NCBI GenBank assembly: GCA_963840855.1
Contig: CAWJBB010000034.1
Coordinates: 1 to 64,000 of the forward strand
Direction: 5' to 3'
Source of the DNA: an uncultured delta proteobacterium
GTDB taxonomy: Bacteria; Desulfobacterota; Binatia; UBA9968
Length of the DNA stretch: 64,000 nucleotides
Shown: in pieces, positions 1 through 9,867 of the stretch
Numbering within the stretch: position 1 is the first letter of the stretch
Layout of the letters: each line of letters starts with the position of its first letter
Notes under the pieces: model-generated
The model's database searches: none
Told to the model about the DNA's origin: nothing
Seen by the model: only the letters and a program-made list of their open reading frames with translations
Position numbers and translations under genes: made by a program

Positions 1-35
1 TCAAACACTTGAAGGAAGAGATCGAAGGCCAATAG
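1..35 (+). CDS. 3' end of a gene entering the window (..KHLKEEIEGQ*)
   Basis: Open frame from the window edge to TAG at 33-35; too short to identify. Confidence 0.3.
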   Translation, partial: KHLKEEIEGQ

Positions 36-263
36 TGCCCAAGATTCATCATGTCGCGCCCACCGTTTACGAAAGCGATGCGGCTGTCGTTTCGTTCAGT
101 AAACGACTGGCACAATCATCTGTTTCGCGTGAAAATACGCCGCCATCAGGGCGGTGCGGGCTTCCGACGAGAAGAGGCCGAGGAGCCGATGATTATCGCC
201 CGCAGGATATGAATGTGCCCAGGCTACAACAGCAATTCTGTCGCCAAACAGGCCAACGCCGGT

Positions 264-434
264 TCAATCGCAGCGGCGCTCATGCATTGCGTAACGCTGG
301 CAGAATTGCAGGTACTCAGCCCCGCTGGCGAATTGGGACTGCTCGTAGGCCAAGCGCGGGGCGGGGCGAGTCGAGCAGCCGGCGAAAAAAGCGGCGCTAA
401 GAGCTACAGCGAGAACGATCGATGTAATATTCAT
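264..434 (-). CDS. Small lipoprotein, 56 aa
   Basis: ATG at 434 with AAAGGA RBS; hydrophobic signal ending in lipobox FAGC; two further Cys. Confidence 0.6.
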   Translation of the reverse strand: MNITSIVLAVALSAAFFAGCSTRPAPRLAYEQSQFASGAEYLQFCQRYAMHERRCD

Positions 435-448
435 GTTTTTTCCTTTCA

Positions 449-754
449 TCAAGCGGAGTGAATCAAATGGAAAACTAGGTACAAGCCTAGGACCGAATAG
501 ACTATGGCCACGAAGGTCAAGCCTCGCAGCGGCAGGATCGGCTGGTAGCGCCGGAGCGAATACAGAATTACCAGCAGAACACAAACGAAGACTTTCCAGT
601 AGACCAAAGCCCAGACAAGGCCCCACGCATCAATCGCAGCGGCGACCAATGGGTTTAGTTCGGCTTCGCCGCGGGACAGAATGAAATAGGTGGCCATCCC
701 GTCAAATCCCTGGAGGAGAATGTTGAAGCCCAAAAGTTCTCGAAGAGTCATCAT
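449..754 (-). CDS. Small membrane protein, DUF5658-like (101 aa)
   Basis: Three hydrophobic segments, D-x3-T and E-L-N-P motifs; ATGA overlap with the upstream ORF. Confidence 0.6.
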   Translation of the reverse strand: MMTLRELLGFNILLQGFDGMATYFILSRGEAELNPLVAAAIDAWGLVWALVYWKVFVCVLLVILYSLRRYQPILPLRGLTFVAIVYSVLGLYLVFHLIHSA

Positions 755-1026
755 GTCGCCCCCGCTGGTTGCGAAACGGTTCCGGCGTCGAATCGTTGCG
801 CGTTGGAGTGCGGTCGAACCATCTTCCGCGCTTGAATGTACCCGGCCATGAGAGCAACGACTGTGCAAAAGCCAACGATGACGAAACCGAATTGAAACAC
901 ACCCCGGAGCGGCGCATCTCCGGTCAACTCTTTGCTTAGCGAGATGAGCAGCACAAAGAGAAGCGTCACAAGAAAAATCCCAATTACCGTGTAACTGATG
1001 GCCTTGAGTGCAAGTTCCGATTGCAT
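751..1026 (-). CDS. Two-TM hypothetical membrane protein
   Basis: Two hydrophobic helices; stop overlaps the next start (ATGA). Confidence 0.55.
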   Translation of the reverse strand: MQSELALKAISYTVIGIFLVTLLFVLLISLSKELTGDAPLRGVFQFGFVIVGFCTVVALMAGYIQARKMVRPHSNAQRFDAGTVSQPAGAT

Positions 1027-1032
1027 CGAGTT

Positions 1033-1266
1033 TCATCTTTCATTGAGGGTTTTCGGCCACCGGCCTTTGGTCATAACGAATAGCTCCGCTTGTTTCTTCT
1101 TTTCCTCAAGTGACAAGGGTGGAGCTGCGTTCTTTTCGCGTTCCTGGACCAAGGCTACGCCGCCATTAGTAAAGGCCCACCCCGCTATCCACGTTTGAAC
1201 GGTTTGGGAATTTTGTTGCTGGAGCGCGTTATTAAAGAAATTCCACGGGATCAATGATATCGGCAT
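1033..1266 (-). CDS. Small hypothetical protein (77 aa)
   Basis: ATG at 1266, co-oriented and 6 bp from the next ORF; no recognisable motif. Confidence 0.4.
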   Translation of the reverse strand: MPISLIPWNFFNNALQQQNSQTVQTWIAGWAFTNGGVALVQEREKNAAPPLSLEEKKKQAELFVMTKGRWPKTLNER

Positions 1267-1555
1267 CGAGGTAGCCCCCCGATGATCACTATAGCCAAGG
1301 GCGTGCCGTGCCAATTTGACCAGTGTTGGCGTACCGTGTTCCCAAAATCACGCTTTTGCCGCGTGCTTGACGGAGGTCATTTCGGGCAGAAAATGGGAGG
1401 TGGGCGTTACTGCCCTGGGAGCACACGAATTTAGTGGAATGAGAATTGGACTAAACCGCTTCGCAGAGGGTGAGAGGCCGCTCCATCGCTGCGCTTTCGG
1501 TAATGTTCCGGCTGATATTTTCGCATCGCAACAGACAAGAGCTGTGAACTACGAG

Positions 1556-3361
1556 CTATTGGGATCTCGCTTTCCGCCCGGTCTCCGCCTGTCGGGCGGT
1601 GCCGAGCCCGGCCGACATATCATGTCGCACGCCGAAACGCAGACCAAGGGCACGAACGGCGAGTGCCCCCACAATCGTGATGCCTATAATGAAGATGCTG
1701 ATAATGCTCGCTGCCTCCCGGTTGTTGATGCCCGGCGAGGAAAGTTCGAGAGCGAGGAGAGAGAGCGTCATGGTCTCCCGGGAGGCAAGCAAGATAATTT
1801 GTGCCGTCGCGCCGGCGGCGCTGGTGAAGTTCAAAACGGCCAAGAGGGCAAGCGTGGGCATGAGCAACGGAAGCCAGATGCGAAAATATGTCTTGATCCA
1901 CCCGGCACCCGCTACCCGGGCGGCCTCCTCCATGTCCGGTCCAATCTGCACAAACACCCCTTTCATGATGTTGACGCCGGTCGTTTTCCCCTGCAGGAGA
2001 ACCACGAGGAACAACGCCCATATGGTGCCGTAAAGGGCGGCTAGACCCGGAGTGCCAAGAAACAGCCACAACAACCCCAGTCCGGAGAGGATACCCGGTA
2101 TGGCCGCGGTACCCCATACCATCAAATCCAACGCCGAACGGCCGGGCAAGCGCGTTCGTACCAAGATATAGGCGATCAGCGAGAAGAGTAACGGGCTTCC
2201 GATCGAAGCAAACAAGCCGAGGATCAGGGTAGTGCGCGCTGCGTCTAGGAACAGCGGATCGCTCAGGATCAGTTTCCAGTGATCGAGGGTGAAACCAAGT
2301 ACGAAATATCCAATTCTTGTCATAAAACTGCCCAGCACCAGCATGAGCAATGGGGCGATAGTCAGCAGCACCAGCAGGGACGCGACGGCGACGAACAGAG
2401 CGTAATTCCATCGTCCAAGATCGATAAGGCCGGGCTTGAAGGTCCCACTAATAGTGGTGTAGCGGCGCCGCTCCAGAACCCAGCGCTGCAGCGGAATAAT
2501 CAATGCGATGACCAGAAGGGTGATGCTGGCCAACGCGGTGGCCTCACCGTACTGGGGAACATCAGTCCGGATCAGTGCAAAGATCTTTGTCGAATATACG
2601 TAGAAGTCGATGGGCGTCCCCAACAAATACTCAACCTCAAAGGATTGGAAGACCCGCAGGAGTTGGAGAGCGAAGACAAGCATTATCGGCGAAATCATCA
2701 AGGGAAGCGTTACTCTCAGCGCGGTCCTGATGTTGCTGGCGCCGCTGACCCGCGCGGCTTCCTCCAAGGCGGCGTCCATGTTGCGGAATGCCGGCGTCAG
2801 CAGCATGACCTTGACGGCGATGCCATTACCCATCAAGTTCGCCCACACGATGCCCCCGACGCTGAAGATGTTGAACGGGCTTTGCTCAATAAAGGGAAGG
2901 GCCGTCAGCGCCTTGTTGAGCAAGCCAAGTTGGGGATCCAACAGGCCAATCCACGCGATGGTGGTGGGAAGCGAGGGGACCATGTATGCCACCCAGAACA
3001 TAAACTCCAGGGAGTGGCTGAAGGGAATTCGAGTCCGCGCGAGGGTCCAAGCGATGCCTATCCCGATGGGTAAGCTCGTGACCGTTGTCCATCCCCAGAT
3101 CAGCAGCGAGTTACCCAGAGGAGACACCAACTCTCCCGGTCGCTGATACGCGGCCCGCCAGTGGTCAAGGCCCCATCGACGAGGTTCAACGAACCAGTCG
3201 GCAGCGGCGTTGAAGCTATTGATCAGCACGAGAAAGACGGGCCAAACCATGAAGAAGCCCAGCGACAACAGAATGGCGGCCATGATGAAATGGCCCTTGC
3301 GCGGACCCGCCAGTGCAACACTTTTGGCAGGGACCTCCGCGTAGCCTAGCGTTTTCGCCAT
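1556..3361 (-). CDS. ABC transporter permease, FbpB/ThiP-type (two fused permease domains)
   Basis: About 12 TM helices, two EAA loops (LEEAARVSGAS, MEEAARVAGAG). Confidence 0.9.
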   Translation of the reverse strand: MAKTLGYAEVPAKSVALAGPRKGHFIMAAILLSLGFFMVWPVFLVLINSFNAAADWFVEPRRWGLDHWRAAYQRPGELVSPLGNSLLIWGWTTVTSLPIGIGIAWTLARTRIPFSHSLEFMFWVAYMVPSLPTTIAWIGLLDPQLGLLNKALTALPFIEQSPFNIFSVGGIVWANLMGNGIAVKVMLLTPAFRNMDAALEEAARVSGASNIRTALRVTLPLMISPIMLVFALQLLRVFQSFEVEYLLGTPIDFYVYSTKIFALIRTDVPQYGEATALASITLLVIALIIPLQRWVLERRRYTTISGTFKPGLIDLGRWNYALFVAVASLLVLLTIAPLLMLVLGSFMTRIGYFVLGFTLDHWKLILSDPLFLDAARTTLILGLFASIGSPLLFSLIAYILVRTRLPGRSALDLMVWGTAAIPGILSGLGLLWLFLGTPGLAALYGTIWALFLVVLLQGKTTGVNIMKGVFVQIGPDMEEAARVAGAGWIKTYFRIWLPLLMPTLALLAVLNFTSAAGATAQIILLASRETMTLSLLALELSSPGINNREAASIISIFIIGITIVGALAVRALGLRFGVRHDMSAGLGTARQAETGRKARSQ

Positions 3362-3419
3362 CGATCGGATCCTCCGGCGATCTCGGCCCATCGGCGCCCG
3401 TTAGTAGGGGCTCAACCTT

Positions 3420-4601
3420 TTAGCGACCTCTATTCTTCCACGCCTCCACGATGGCATCCCGTTGCTCCTTATCCTGCGCCACGTATTTGGGATCCGCGTC
3501 CCGAAATATGTACTGCTTTCCGGAAACCCTGCGGTAGGTCGGCGGCACGTTGCCGGGCGGAATGTCCTCTCGCATGGATTGCCGCGATATTCCAGGCGTG
3601 ACTTGGTGGATCGCGGTTTGCCCTTCTTTTGAAAGAAACCAATTCAAAAAAAGCTTCGCCGCATTCGAATGCGGCGCTCGATTGTAAACCTGGATACAGC
3701 AGCCGGAGCCACCGGCGGTGAGAAAGGGAAGCTTGAATGGAATTGAACGCATGGCAACCGGGATCCCAGCTTTCTCTAACTTGGCCAATTCACGGTCTAG
3801 ATCCCCGTCGCTGAATCCAATCGGCACACTGCCTCCGACGATCCAAGACTCCCGTATTCTCACGTCGTCCGAAAACCTCGCGTCGGCTTGACGAAAGAAG
3901 GCGCGTATCCACTCGATGCCCATATCAGGCTGGAAATAGATGTTTTGCATCTCGCCCACCCGACCTCGGTCTCCCCAGGTTCGACTGGTAATCTTTCCTC
4001 GCCACTTTGGGTCCAGCAGGTCCGCGGCACTCTTGATCGTCGCAATTTCATTTTTACTGATCGCGTCGGTGTTGTACCAGAAACCAAATGTCTCGGTCGG
4101 TTCGGCCGCGTAGAGGAATGAAAACTTCTCTTCTTCGGGATCGGCATACCAGTGACGCCCGCCGAACCAGGCGGGTTTATCAAGAACCTCGGGATGGATT
4201 AGCAGGGACGGAATGGGCTCCAGTGCTTTGGCAGGGATCAGTCTCGTCCGAGTTCCGGCGACGCTGGTGAGACCGAGATCGACGGTGTACTTTCCGGCGT
4301 TTCGCTCCGCAAGCACGCGGTCTACGCTCGCCGCGCCGCTTCCCGTTGACAGTGAGACCGGTATGCCGAACTTTTTTTGAAACAATTCAACGACGGAGCG
4401 GTACTCGCGAGAAGGCGCGCCACCTGCGGCAACCACAACTCGTCCCTCTTGCTGGGCGGCGACAATAAGCTTGGCCCATTCCTTGTCAAATTGAGATGTT
4501 GCCGAAGCCCCGTAGGCCGGGGGCAGGAACAGGAACAATACTCCCAGAGCTACTAATTGGACCGGCGCAACGAGTTTGCCTATGGTGCAGTCATGGATCA
4601 T
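3420..4601 (-). CDS. ABC transporter substrate-binding protein (Fe3+/thiamine/polyamine-like fold)
   Basis: AAGGAGG RBS before ATG 4601, signal peptide, AAQQEG start motif, APHSNAAKLFLNWFLSKEGQ C-terminal motif. Confidence 0.85.
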   Translation of the reverse strand: MIHDCTIGKLVAPVQLVALGVLFLFLPPAYGASATSQFDKEWAKLIVAAQQEGRVVVAAGGAPSREYRSVVELFQKKFGIPVSLSTGSGAASVDRVLAERNAGKYTVDLGLTSVAGTRTRLIPAKALEPIPSLLIHPEVLDKPAWFGGRHWYADPEEEKFSFLYAAEPTETFGFWYNTDAISKNEIATIKSAADLLDPKWRGKITSRTWGDRGRVGEMQNIYFQPDMGIEWIRAFFRQADARFSDDVRIRESWIVGGSVPIGFSDGDLDRELAKLEKAGIPVAMRSIPFKLPFLTAGGSGCCIQVYNRAPHSNAAKLFLNWFLSKEGQTAIHQVTPGISRQSMREDIPPGNVPPTYRRVSGKQYIFRDADPKYVAQDKEQRDAIVEAWKNRGR

Positions 4602-4689
4602 CGCGCATGCCTCCTTTATTTTTTTGCGGCGCAAATTTCGTTTGCCGGCGCTACTCGTCACTTGCCTTAGGCGACCAATCGGATACCCA

Positions 4690-4880
4690 TGCGGTATGCC
4701 CCCGTCCGGCCGCGGCTTCAGCCAGACTTTGCCGCCTTCCTCCAGTTGCTGCCCGCCGCTCAACAGCGGTCCCGGCCGATCCTCATATCCGGCCATTCCG
4801 ACCAGCTCCAGCGCCCGGCGCAGGCGATCGCCGATCTGCCGGCGCGGAAACCTGCGCGCTTTCAGAGGATTTATAGTCAA
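4690..4880 (-). pseudogene. Relic of the ABC ATPase (signature LSGGQQ joined to a C-terminal tail)
   Basis: RALELVGMAGYEDRPGPLLSGGQQ followed directly by LEEGGKVWL; no Walker A, Walker B or H-switch. Confidence 0.7.
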
Positions 4881-5072
4881 TCAATTCTTCCGCACAGCCA
4901 CCCGCCTGGGAGGGCGACGGCCTCCTGATGGAAATGATTCATCATTGATGTGGCTAGGCGACAGGCGCGACGCTCTCACGGATCCTTTCGCGAAATTGGG
5001 GGCGGGATGTTGGCCATGATCAACTGCCGATGTCGCGTTGCCACCCTCCTTGAGGTGCTCGCCACCGCCGCC

Positions 5073-6236
5073 CTACTTTCCGTCCAGATGGAAGAACTTC
5101 ACGGCATTGCCGGCCAGCATTGCGTGCTGCTCTTGTTCCGGCACCCCGGCGAATTGCTCCTCCACCAGGTTTCGCGATTCGGGCCAACGAGTGACGATAT
5201 GCGGAAAGTCCGTGGACCACATGATCCTGTCAACGCCGATGTGATGGCGCACTTCGACACCAAACGGGTCATCCCAAAATCCCCAGTGAGCGTGCACTTT
5301 GAGATACTCGCTGGGCAATCGCGAAAGCCGTTTGAGCCCCAATAACCGCTCCGCCCAGGAGCAGTTTACTCTATACGTTTGATCCATCTGCTGATAGAAG
5401 TAAGGGATCCAGCCGATATTATTTTCCGCCCAGTAGATTTGCAGCTTTGGAAAACGATCGAAGACGCCGCTCAAAATCAATTGCACGGCTTCGATAGTGC
5501 CGGAGTGAAATATCCCATGACGGGCAATGCGCTCGAGAAAATCCACCGGTCGCTCTTGACCCTCGGGCTCCCTGGGATATTTCATCAGAAAATGATCACG
5601 CCCGCGGTATTGCCTAGGGAAGGAGGTATGAATCGTCAGCGGCATATCGATATCCAGAGCGGCGGCCCAAAACTTATCGTCTTCCGGAGTCGGGAAGCTC
5701 TTTCCGCTTGGAAACGTGTGCAAGCGAACGGCTTTGAATCCTTTGTCTTTGCAGCGTCTCATTTCAACGATGTCCTCGTCGACGCCGATATCGGGAAGCA
5801 CGGCGACGCCCACGAGCCGATGCGGAGCCACGCCGCAGTATTCCTCGATAAAATAATCGTTGAATGATTTAACGATCGCGAGGAACGCGGCTTTATCCTG
5901 GATCGCAGGATTGCGCGCTTCACTGGCGAAGAGCAGCTCTGCATCAATTCCGTCCTGGTCCTGCTCCTTCAACCGTTGCTGCGGCGGTCCCGCTCCGACG
6001 GCATGGTCGAAATCCAATTCCACGGGGGAGAATGTTTCCAAAGGTTTCCCCGCGAACTGATTGGTTCCCCTGAACGTGATCGGCCGTCCTTCTTCTACGA
6101 TGATGTCATTGCCGTTAGGCAATTTGACCCGCCGCGGCGCGCGTTCGCGGTAGGCCTTGGGAACTCGGTGCGTCCACATATCCGGCGGGCACTCGAAATG
6201 GCTATCGGCAGAAAAATAGCGATATTGCTGAACCAC
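5073..6236 (-). CDS. Amidohydrolase family protein (Amidohydro_2 type)
   Basis: SADSH, IHT, AENNIGW, WSTDFPH, GNAVKFF motifs. Confidence 0.88.
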   Translation of the reverse strand: MVQQYRYFSADSHFECPPDMWTHRVPKAYRERAPRRVKLPNGNDIIVEEGRPITFRGTNQFAGKPLETFSPVELDFDHAVGAGPPQQRLKEQDQDGIDAELLFASEARNPAIQDKAAFLAIVKSFNDYFIEEYCGVAPHRLVGVAVLPDIGVDEDIVEMRRCKDKGFKAVRLHTFPSGKSFPTPEDDKFWAAALDIDMPLTIHTSFPRQYRGRDHFLMKYPREPEGQERPVDFLERIARHGIFHSGTIEAVQLILSGVFDRFPKLQIYWAENNIGWIPYFYQQMDQTYRVNCSWAERLLGLKRLSRLPSEYLKVHAHWGFWDDPFGVEVRHHIGVDRIMWSTDFPHIVTRWPESRNLVEEQFAGVPEQEQHAMLAGNAVKFFHLDGK

Positions 6237-6631
6237 GTGTTGATCCTCCCAGGATTTATTCTTTGGTGTTTGCTATCGTAATCATAACCTGCTGGAGCCC
6301 TTGTCGCGGCATCCCGATTGCCGTGGAAAAATAGAAAATACGTACTCTGTCCGTATCCCAAACATCTCCGGCTCATGTCAAGACTCAGACAGAGGAGGAG
6401 GACGCCAACGCGACAAGCTTCAAATCTCTAGACCAAAGGAAGGTCGGAAACGCCCCGATCCGCTGCGTGAGGCGTCGCGTAGAAAGGTTCGGGACTTGTT
6501 TTGATATCCCTATCTGATGCATATCTCTGCGGAGCTACGCGTGGAACGCCGGCTGTTGCTCCTATGAAAATGAAAACTGCTCTAGTGATGATGCTCGATG
6601 AAGTGGCGATAGGGTGCCTCCAGGTCTGCCG

Positions 6632-8764
6632 TTAAACGAACAGCGGCGCCAAAACCAGTGTGATCGTGGCCAGAAGTTTGATTAATACGTGCAGGCTGGG
6701 ACCCGCTGTGTCTTTGAATGGATCGCCGACGGTGTCGCCGACAACGGCGGCCTTATGAGTGTCGGACCCTTTGCCGCCGTGCGCGCCGCTCTCGATAAAC
6801 TTTTTGGCATTGTCCCACGCGCCGCCGCTGTTATTTAGAAACGTTGCCATCAGAATCCCGGCGATGGTGCCGACCATCAAAAACGCGGCGACCGCTTCGG
6901 CGCCGACACCCAAAAACCGGAAAACGAGCCCCACGGCTATCGGCATGCCGATCGCAATCGCGCCCGGAAGCACCATTTGCTTTAGCGCGCCCACGGTAAC
7001 AATATCCACGCAACGCGCGTAGTCGGGCTTCGCCGTCCCCTTCAAGATGTTGGGATTTTCCTTGAACTGTCTTCTGACCTCGTTGATCACGACGTAAGCT
7101 GCTGCGCCGACTGCTCGGATCGCCAATGCGGAAAAGAGAAAAACCAACATGGCGCCTAACAACCCACCGACGAAAACTTCGGGCTTAGCGAGGTTAACCG
7201 ATTCCAACTTAGCCCCGTAATGGGCCACTTCGTCGAGATACGCGGAGAAGAGCAGAAACGCGGCCAAGGCCGCCGAGCCGATGGCGTACCCCTTGGTCAG
7301 CGCTTTGGTGGTATTACCGACGGCATCAAGCCGGTCGGTCTTGTGGCGCACCTCTTGGGGCTGTCCGCTCATCTCGATGATACCTCCGGCGTTGTCGGTG
7401 ATCGGGCCAAAGGTATCCATCGCCAGAATATAAGCCGCTGTTCCGAGCATACCCATGGTGGCAACGGCCGTGCCGAACAAGCCGGCATGGGGGACACCGC
7501 TCATATTGCCCAGGTAATACGAGGCGATAATGGCAATTGAGATCACGACGACCGGAATCGCGGTGCATTCCAGGCCGACCGCGATGCCGGCAATAATGTT
7601 GGTGGCCGGACCGGTTTCCGAGGCGTCGGCAATGGATTTTACCGGACGGTATTTATACTCGGTATAGTACTGGGTAATGTACACGAAAGCTTGGGCCATG
7701 ACGATGCCGATAACGCCGCACAAAAAGAAATAGAACCATGCCGACGAAGCTTCGGGATACTTTGCCGGATCAACTCCCAATAGCCATTGCGCGGCGAAAA
7801 AGAATCCGATGATAGCCAGCGCGCTGGTCACGTAATAACCGCGGTTGAGCGCCGCCATCGGGTCTTCGTTCTCCTCGCACTTCACTATCATGATCCCGAC
7901 GATCGACGCGATCAGACCGAACGCCCGCGCCACCAGGGGGAACAAGATTCCCTTGAGCCCGAAATAAGGATACAGCCCCACGCCAAGGATCATAGCGCCG
8001 ATGTTTTCCGCGGCGGTCGATTCGAACAAATCCGCGCCGCGACCCGCGCAGTCGCCGACGTTGTCGCCGACGAGATCGGCGATAACCGCCGGGTTTCGCG
8101 GATCGTCTTCGGGAATTCCCGCTTCGACCTTACCCACAAGATCAGCTCCGACATCGGCGGCCTTGGTATAAATACCGCCCCCGAGCTGCGCGAAGAGCGC
8201 CACGAAGGAAGCTCCGAAAGCAAATCCCACGATGGTGAAAGGAATTTTTTGCGGATCATGCCCGAGGGTATTCAGTAGAGCGTACAAGCCTCCAACGCCC
8301 AACAAACTCATCGCCACCACAAAAAGCCCGGAAACCGCGCCGCCGCGCATGGCGATGCGCAGGGCCTCATTTAAGCTCGACCGGACCGCCGACGCCGTGC
8401 GAATGTTAGCGCGAATCGACACCCACATGCCGATGTAACCGGCGATGACGGAGCAAAGAGCCCCCAGGACGAACGAGAGCGTGGTCCAAAATGCCAGCTC
8501 CACGGGCGGCACTGGATCCGCGGGGCTGGGCGCCCGCACAAATGCGTAAAGGATAAAAATCAGCACCGCCAACACCGCGGCAAACAGGATGATGGTGCGA
8601 TTTTGTCGGGATAAAAAAGCCTCCGCGCCTTCCTTGATGGCGTTCGATATCTCCTGCATCCTGGCGGTGCCCATATCCTTCTGAACGACGTGGCGGGCAA
8701 GATAGACGGCAAACAATAAGGAAAAACAACTAATCGCAATAACCAGTAAAACCATGATGTTCAA
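6632..8764 (-). CDS. hppA: Membrane H+-translocating pyrophosphatase, K+-independent type
   Basis: GGGIYTKAADVGADLVGKVE, EDDPRN, DNVGD, GNTTKA (Lys form), GGAWDNAKK, GDTVGDPFKD. Confidence 0.95.
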   Translation of the reverse strand: MNIMVLLVIAISCFSLLFAVYLARHVVQKDMGTARMQEISNAIKEGAEAFLSRQNRTIILFAAVLAVLIFILYAFVRAPSPADPVPPVELAFWTTLSFVLGALCSVIAGYIGMWVSIRANIRTASAVRSSLNEALRIAMRGGAVSGLFVVAMSLLGVGGLYALLNTLGHDPQKIPFTIVGFAFGASFVALFAQLGGGIYTKAADVGADLVGKVEAGIPEDDPRNPAVIADLVGDNVGDCAGRGADLFESTAAENIGAMILGVGLYPYFGLKGILFPLVARAFGLIASIVGIMIVKCEENEDPMAALNRGYYVTSALAIIGFFFAAQWLLGVDPAKYPEASSAWFYFFLCGVIGIVMAQAFVYITQYYTEYKYRPVKSIADASETGPATNIIAGIAVGLECTAIPVVVISIAIIASYYLGNMSGVPHAGLFGTAVATMGMLGTAAYILAMDTFGPITDNAGGIIEMSGQPQEVRHKTDRLDAVGNTTKALTKGYAIGSAALAAFLLFSAYLDEVAHYGAKLESVNLAKPEVFVGGLLGAMLVFLFSALAIRAVGAAAYVVINEVRRQFKENPNILKGTAKPDYARCVDIVTVGALKQMVLPGAIAIGMPIAVGLVFRFLGVGAEAVAAFLMVGTIAGILMATFLNNSGGAWDNAKKFIESGAHGGKGSDTHKAAVVGDTVGDPFKDTAGPSLHVLIKLLATITLVLAPLFV

Positions 8765-8802
8765 TCATCCCTTCTCTCAGTGAGATATTGCCTCGGGAAA
8801 AA

Positions 8803-9525
8803 TTATTTGCGCCAAACGTAGGCCACTCCGATGCTGGCAACGTATAACACCAGCATGGGCAAAGCCAGTAAACATTGGTTGATGATATCCGGCGTCGGGG
8901 TCAGCATGGCCGCTAAAATAAAAATCACCACGATGGCATAGCGCAAGGAGCGGATCATGAAGCGGTAATCCCACACCCCCACGCGCACCAAAAAAAATGT
9001 AAATACCGGCAGCTCAAAAGTCACGCCAAAGGCCAGCACCATGCGAAAAAAAAAAGTAAAGTACTCCGCGACCCTGATTGCCGGCGCCACGCCCATGGTT
9101 TGGTACTGCTCGATGAAGTACTTAAACGCTACGGGGAGGACGATTCGGTAACAAAAATAGGAGCCGGCGGCGAAAAACAGAGTCGCACATAGCACGAACG
9201 GGATAACCAGCTTTTTCTCGCTGCCTGTCAAGCCGGGCGCGATGAAGCGCCAGATTTGCAGGAAGATGTACGGACTTGCGAGTGCCAGACCGCCCAGGAG
9301 CGCAACTTTTATTTCGATAAAAAAAGCTTCAGTGACCCCGGTTCCGATCAAGCTCTGGCCCGGCCCCAAATGCGCCACGAGCGGAGCCACCATAACCGCG
9401 AAAATCTCGGCCGAAAAAACATAACACAAAGTCGAGATCAAAAAGACCGCTAGCAGAGCTCTTAACAAGCACCAGCGAAGCTCTTCGAGGTGCTCCGTCA
9501 AAGTCATGTTAGAGTCGGCCGCCAC
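8803..9525 (-). CDS. tatC: Twin-arginine translocase subunit TatC
   Basis: EHLEELR, QIWRFIAPGL, FELP, LTPTPD motifs. Confidence 0.95.
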   Translation of the reverse strand: MAADSNMTLTEHLEELRWCLLRALLAVFLISTLCYVFSAEIFAVMVAPLVAHLGPGQSLIGTGVTEAFFIEIKVALLGGLALASPYIFLQIWRFIAPGLTGSEKKLVIPFVLCATLFFAAGSYFCYRIVLPVAFKYFIEQYQTMGVAPAIRVAEYFTFFFRMVLAFGVTFELPVFTFFLVRVGVWDYRFMIRSLRYAIVVIFILAAMLTPTPDIINQCLLALPMLVLYVASIGVAYVWRK

Positions 9526-9549
9526 AGACGATTAAGCCAAACAAATTGC

Positions 9550-9585
9550 AAAAAAGGGGAAGGATAATAACCCTTCCCCTTTTTT
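9550..9585. terminator. Bidirectional intrinsic terminator
   Basis: A6-GGGGAAGG-loop-CCTTCCCC-T6, downstream of the Pro-rich lipoprotein. Confidence 0.8.
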
Positions 9586-9618
9586 GGTTATGAAAACCGT
9601 AATAAGGTTTGCTCTTCC

Positions 9619-9867
9619 TTACTTGGTTTTTCCTTCCTCTTTTTTCTCCATGCCCTTCTCCATAGGCGCATCCTTCGCCGGCTCGCCAGCTTTCTGTTCA
9701 CCGCCGGCCGGGGCCGCTGGGTCTGGAGCAGGAGCCGGCTCAGCCGGTGCCGGTGCCGGTGCCGGAGGCGGTGGAGGCGGCGGTTCTTCTTTTTTGCCGC
9801 ATCCCGCGAAGGTCAGAGTCGAAGCAAAGAGTGTAATCAACGATAACGAAAATATCTTTCTACCCAT
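9619..9867 (-). CDS. Pro/Ala-rich low-complexity lipoprotein (82 aa)
   Basis: GGAGGTG RBS, signal peptide with FAGC lipobox, P7 and (AP)n tract. Confidence 0.8.
   Translation of the reverse strand: MGRKIFSLSLITLFASTLTFAGCGKKEEPPPPPPPAPAPAPAEPAPAPDPAAPAGGEQKAGEPAKDAPMEKGMEKKEEGKTK

Noticed and set aside
35-400. 121-aa plus-strand ORF
   Set aside because: Arg-rich, no motif, and overlaps a better-supported lipoprotein gene on the minus strand
1296-1313. Sigma54 promoter (TGGCAC on the minus strand)
   Set aside because: No TTGC at the required -12 spacing
3420-4880. 486-aa ATPase-SBP fusion protein
   Set aside because: A strong RBS and signal peptide at 4601 define the SBP; the upstream part is a relic lacking Walker motifs
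9619-9867. TatA/TatB candidate upstream of tatC
   Set aside because: It has a lipobox and Pro-rich tail, no FG hinge or amphipathic helix, and a terminator separates it from tatC
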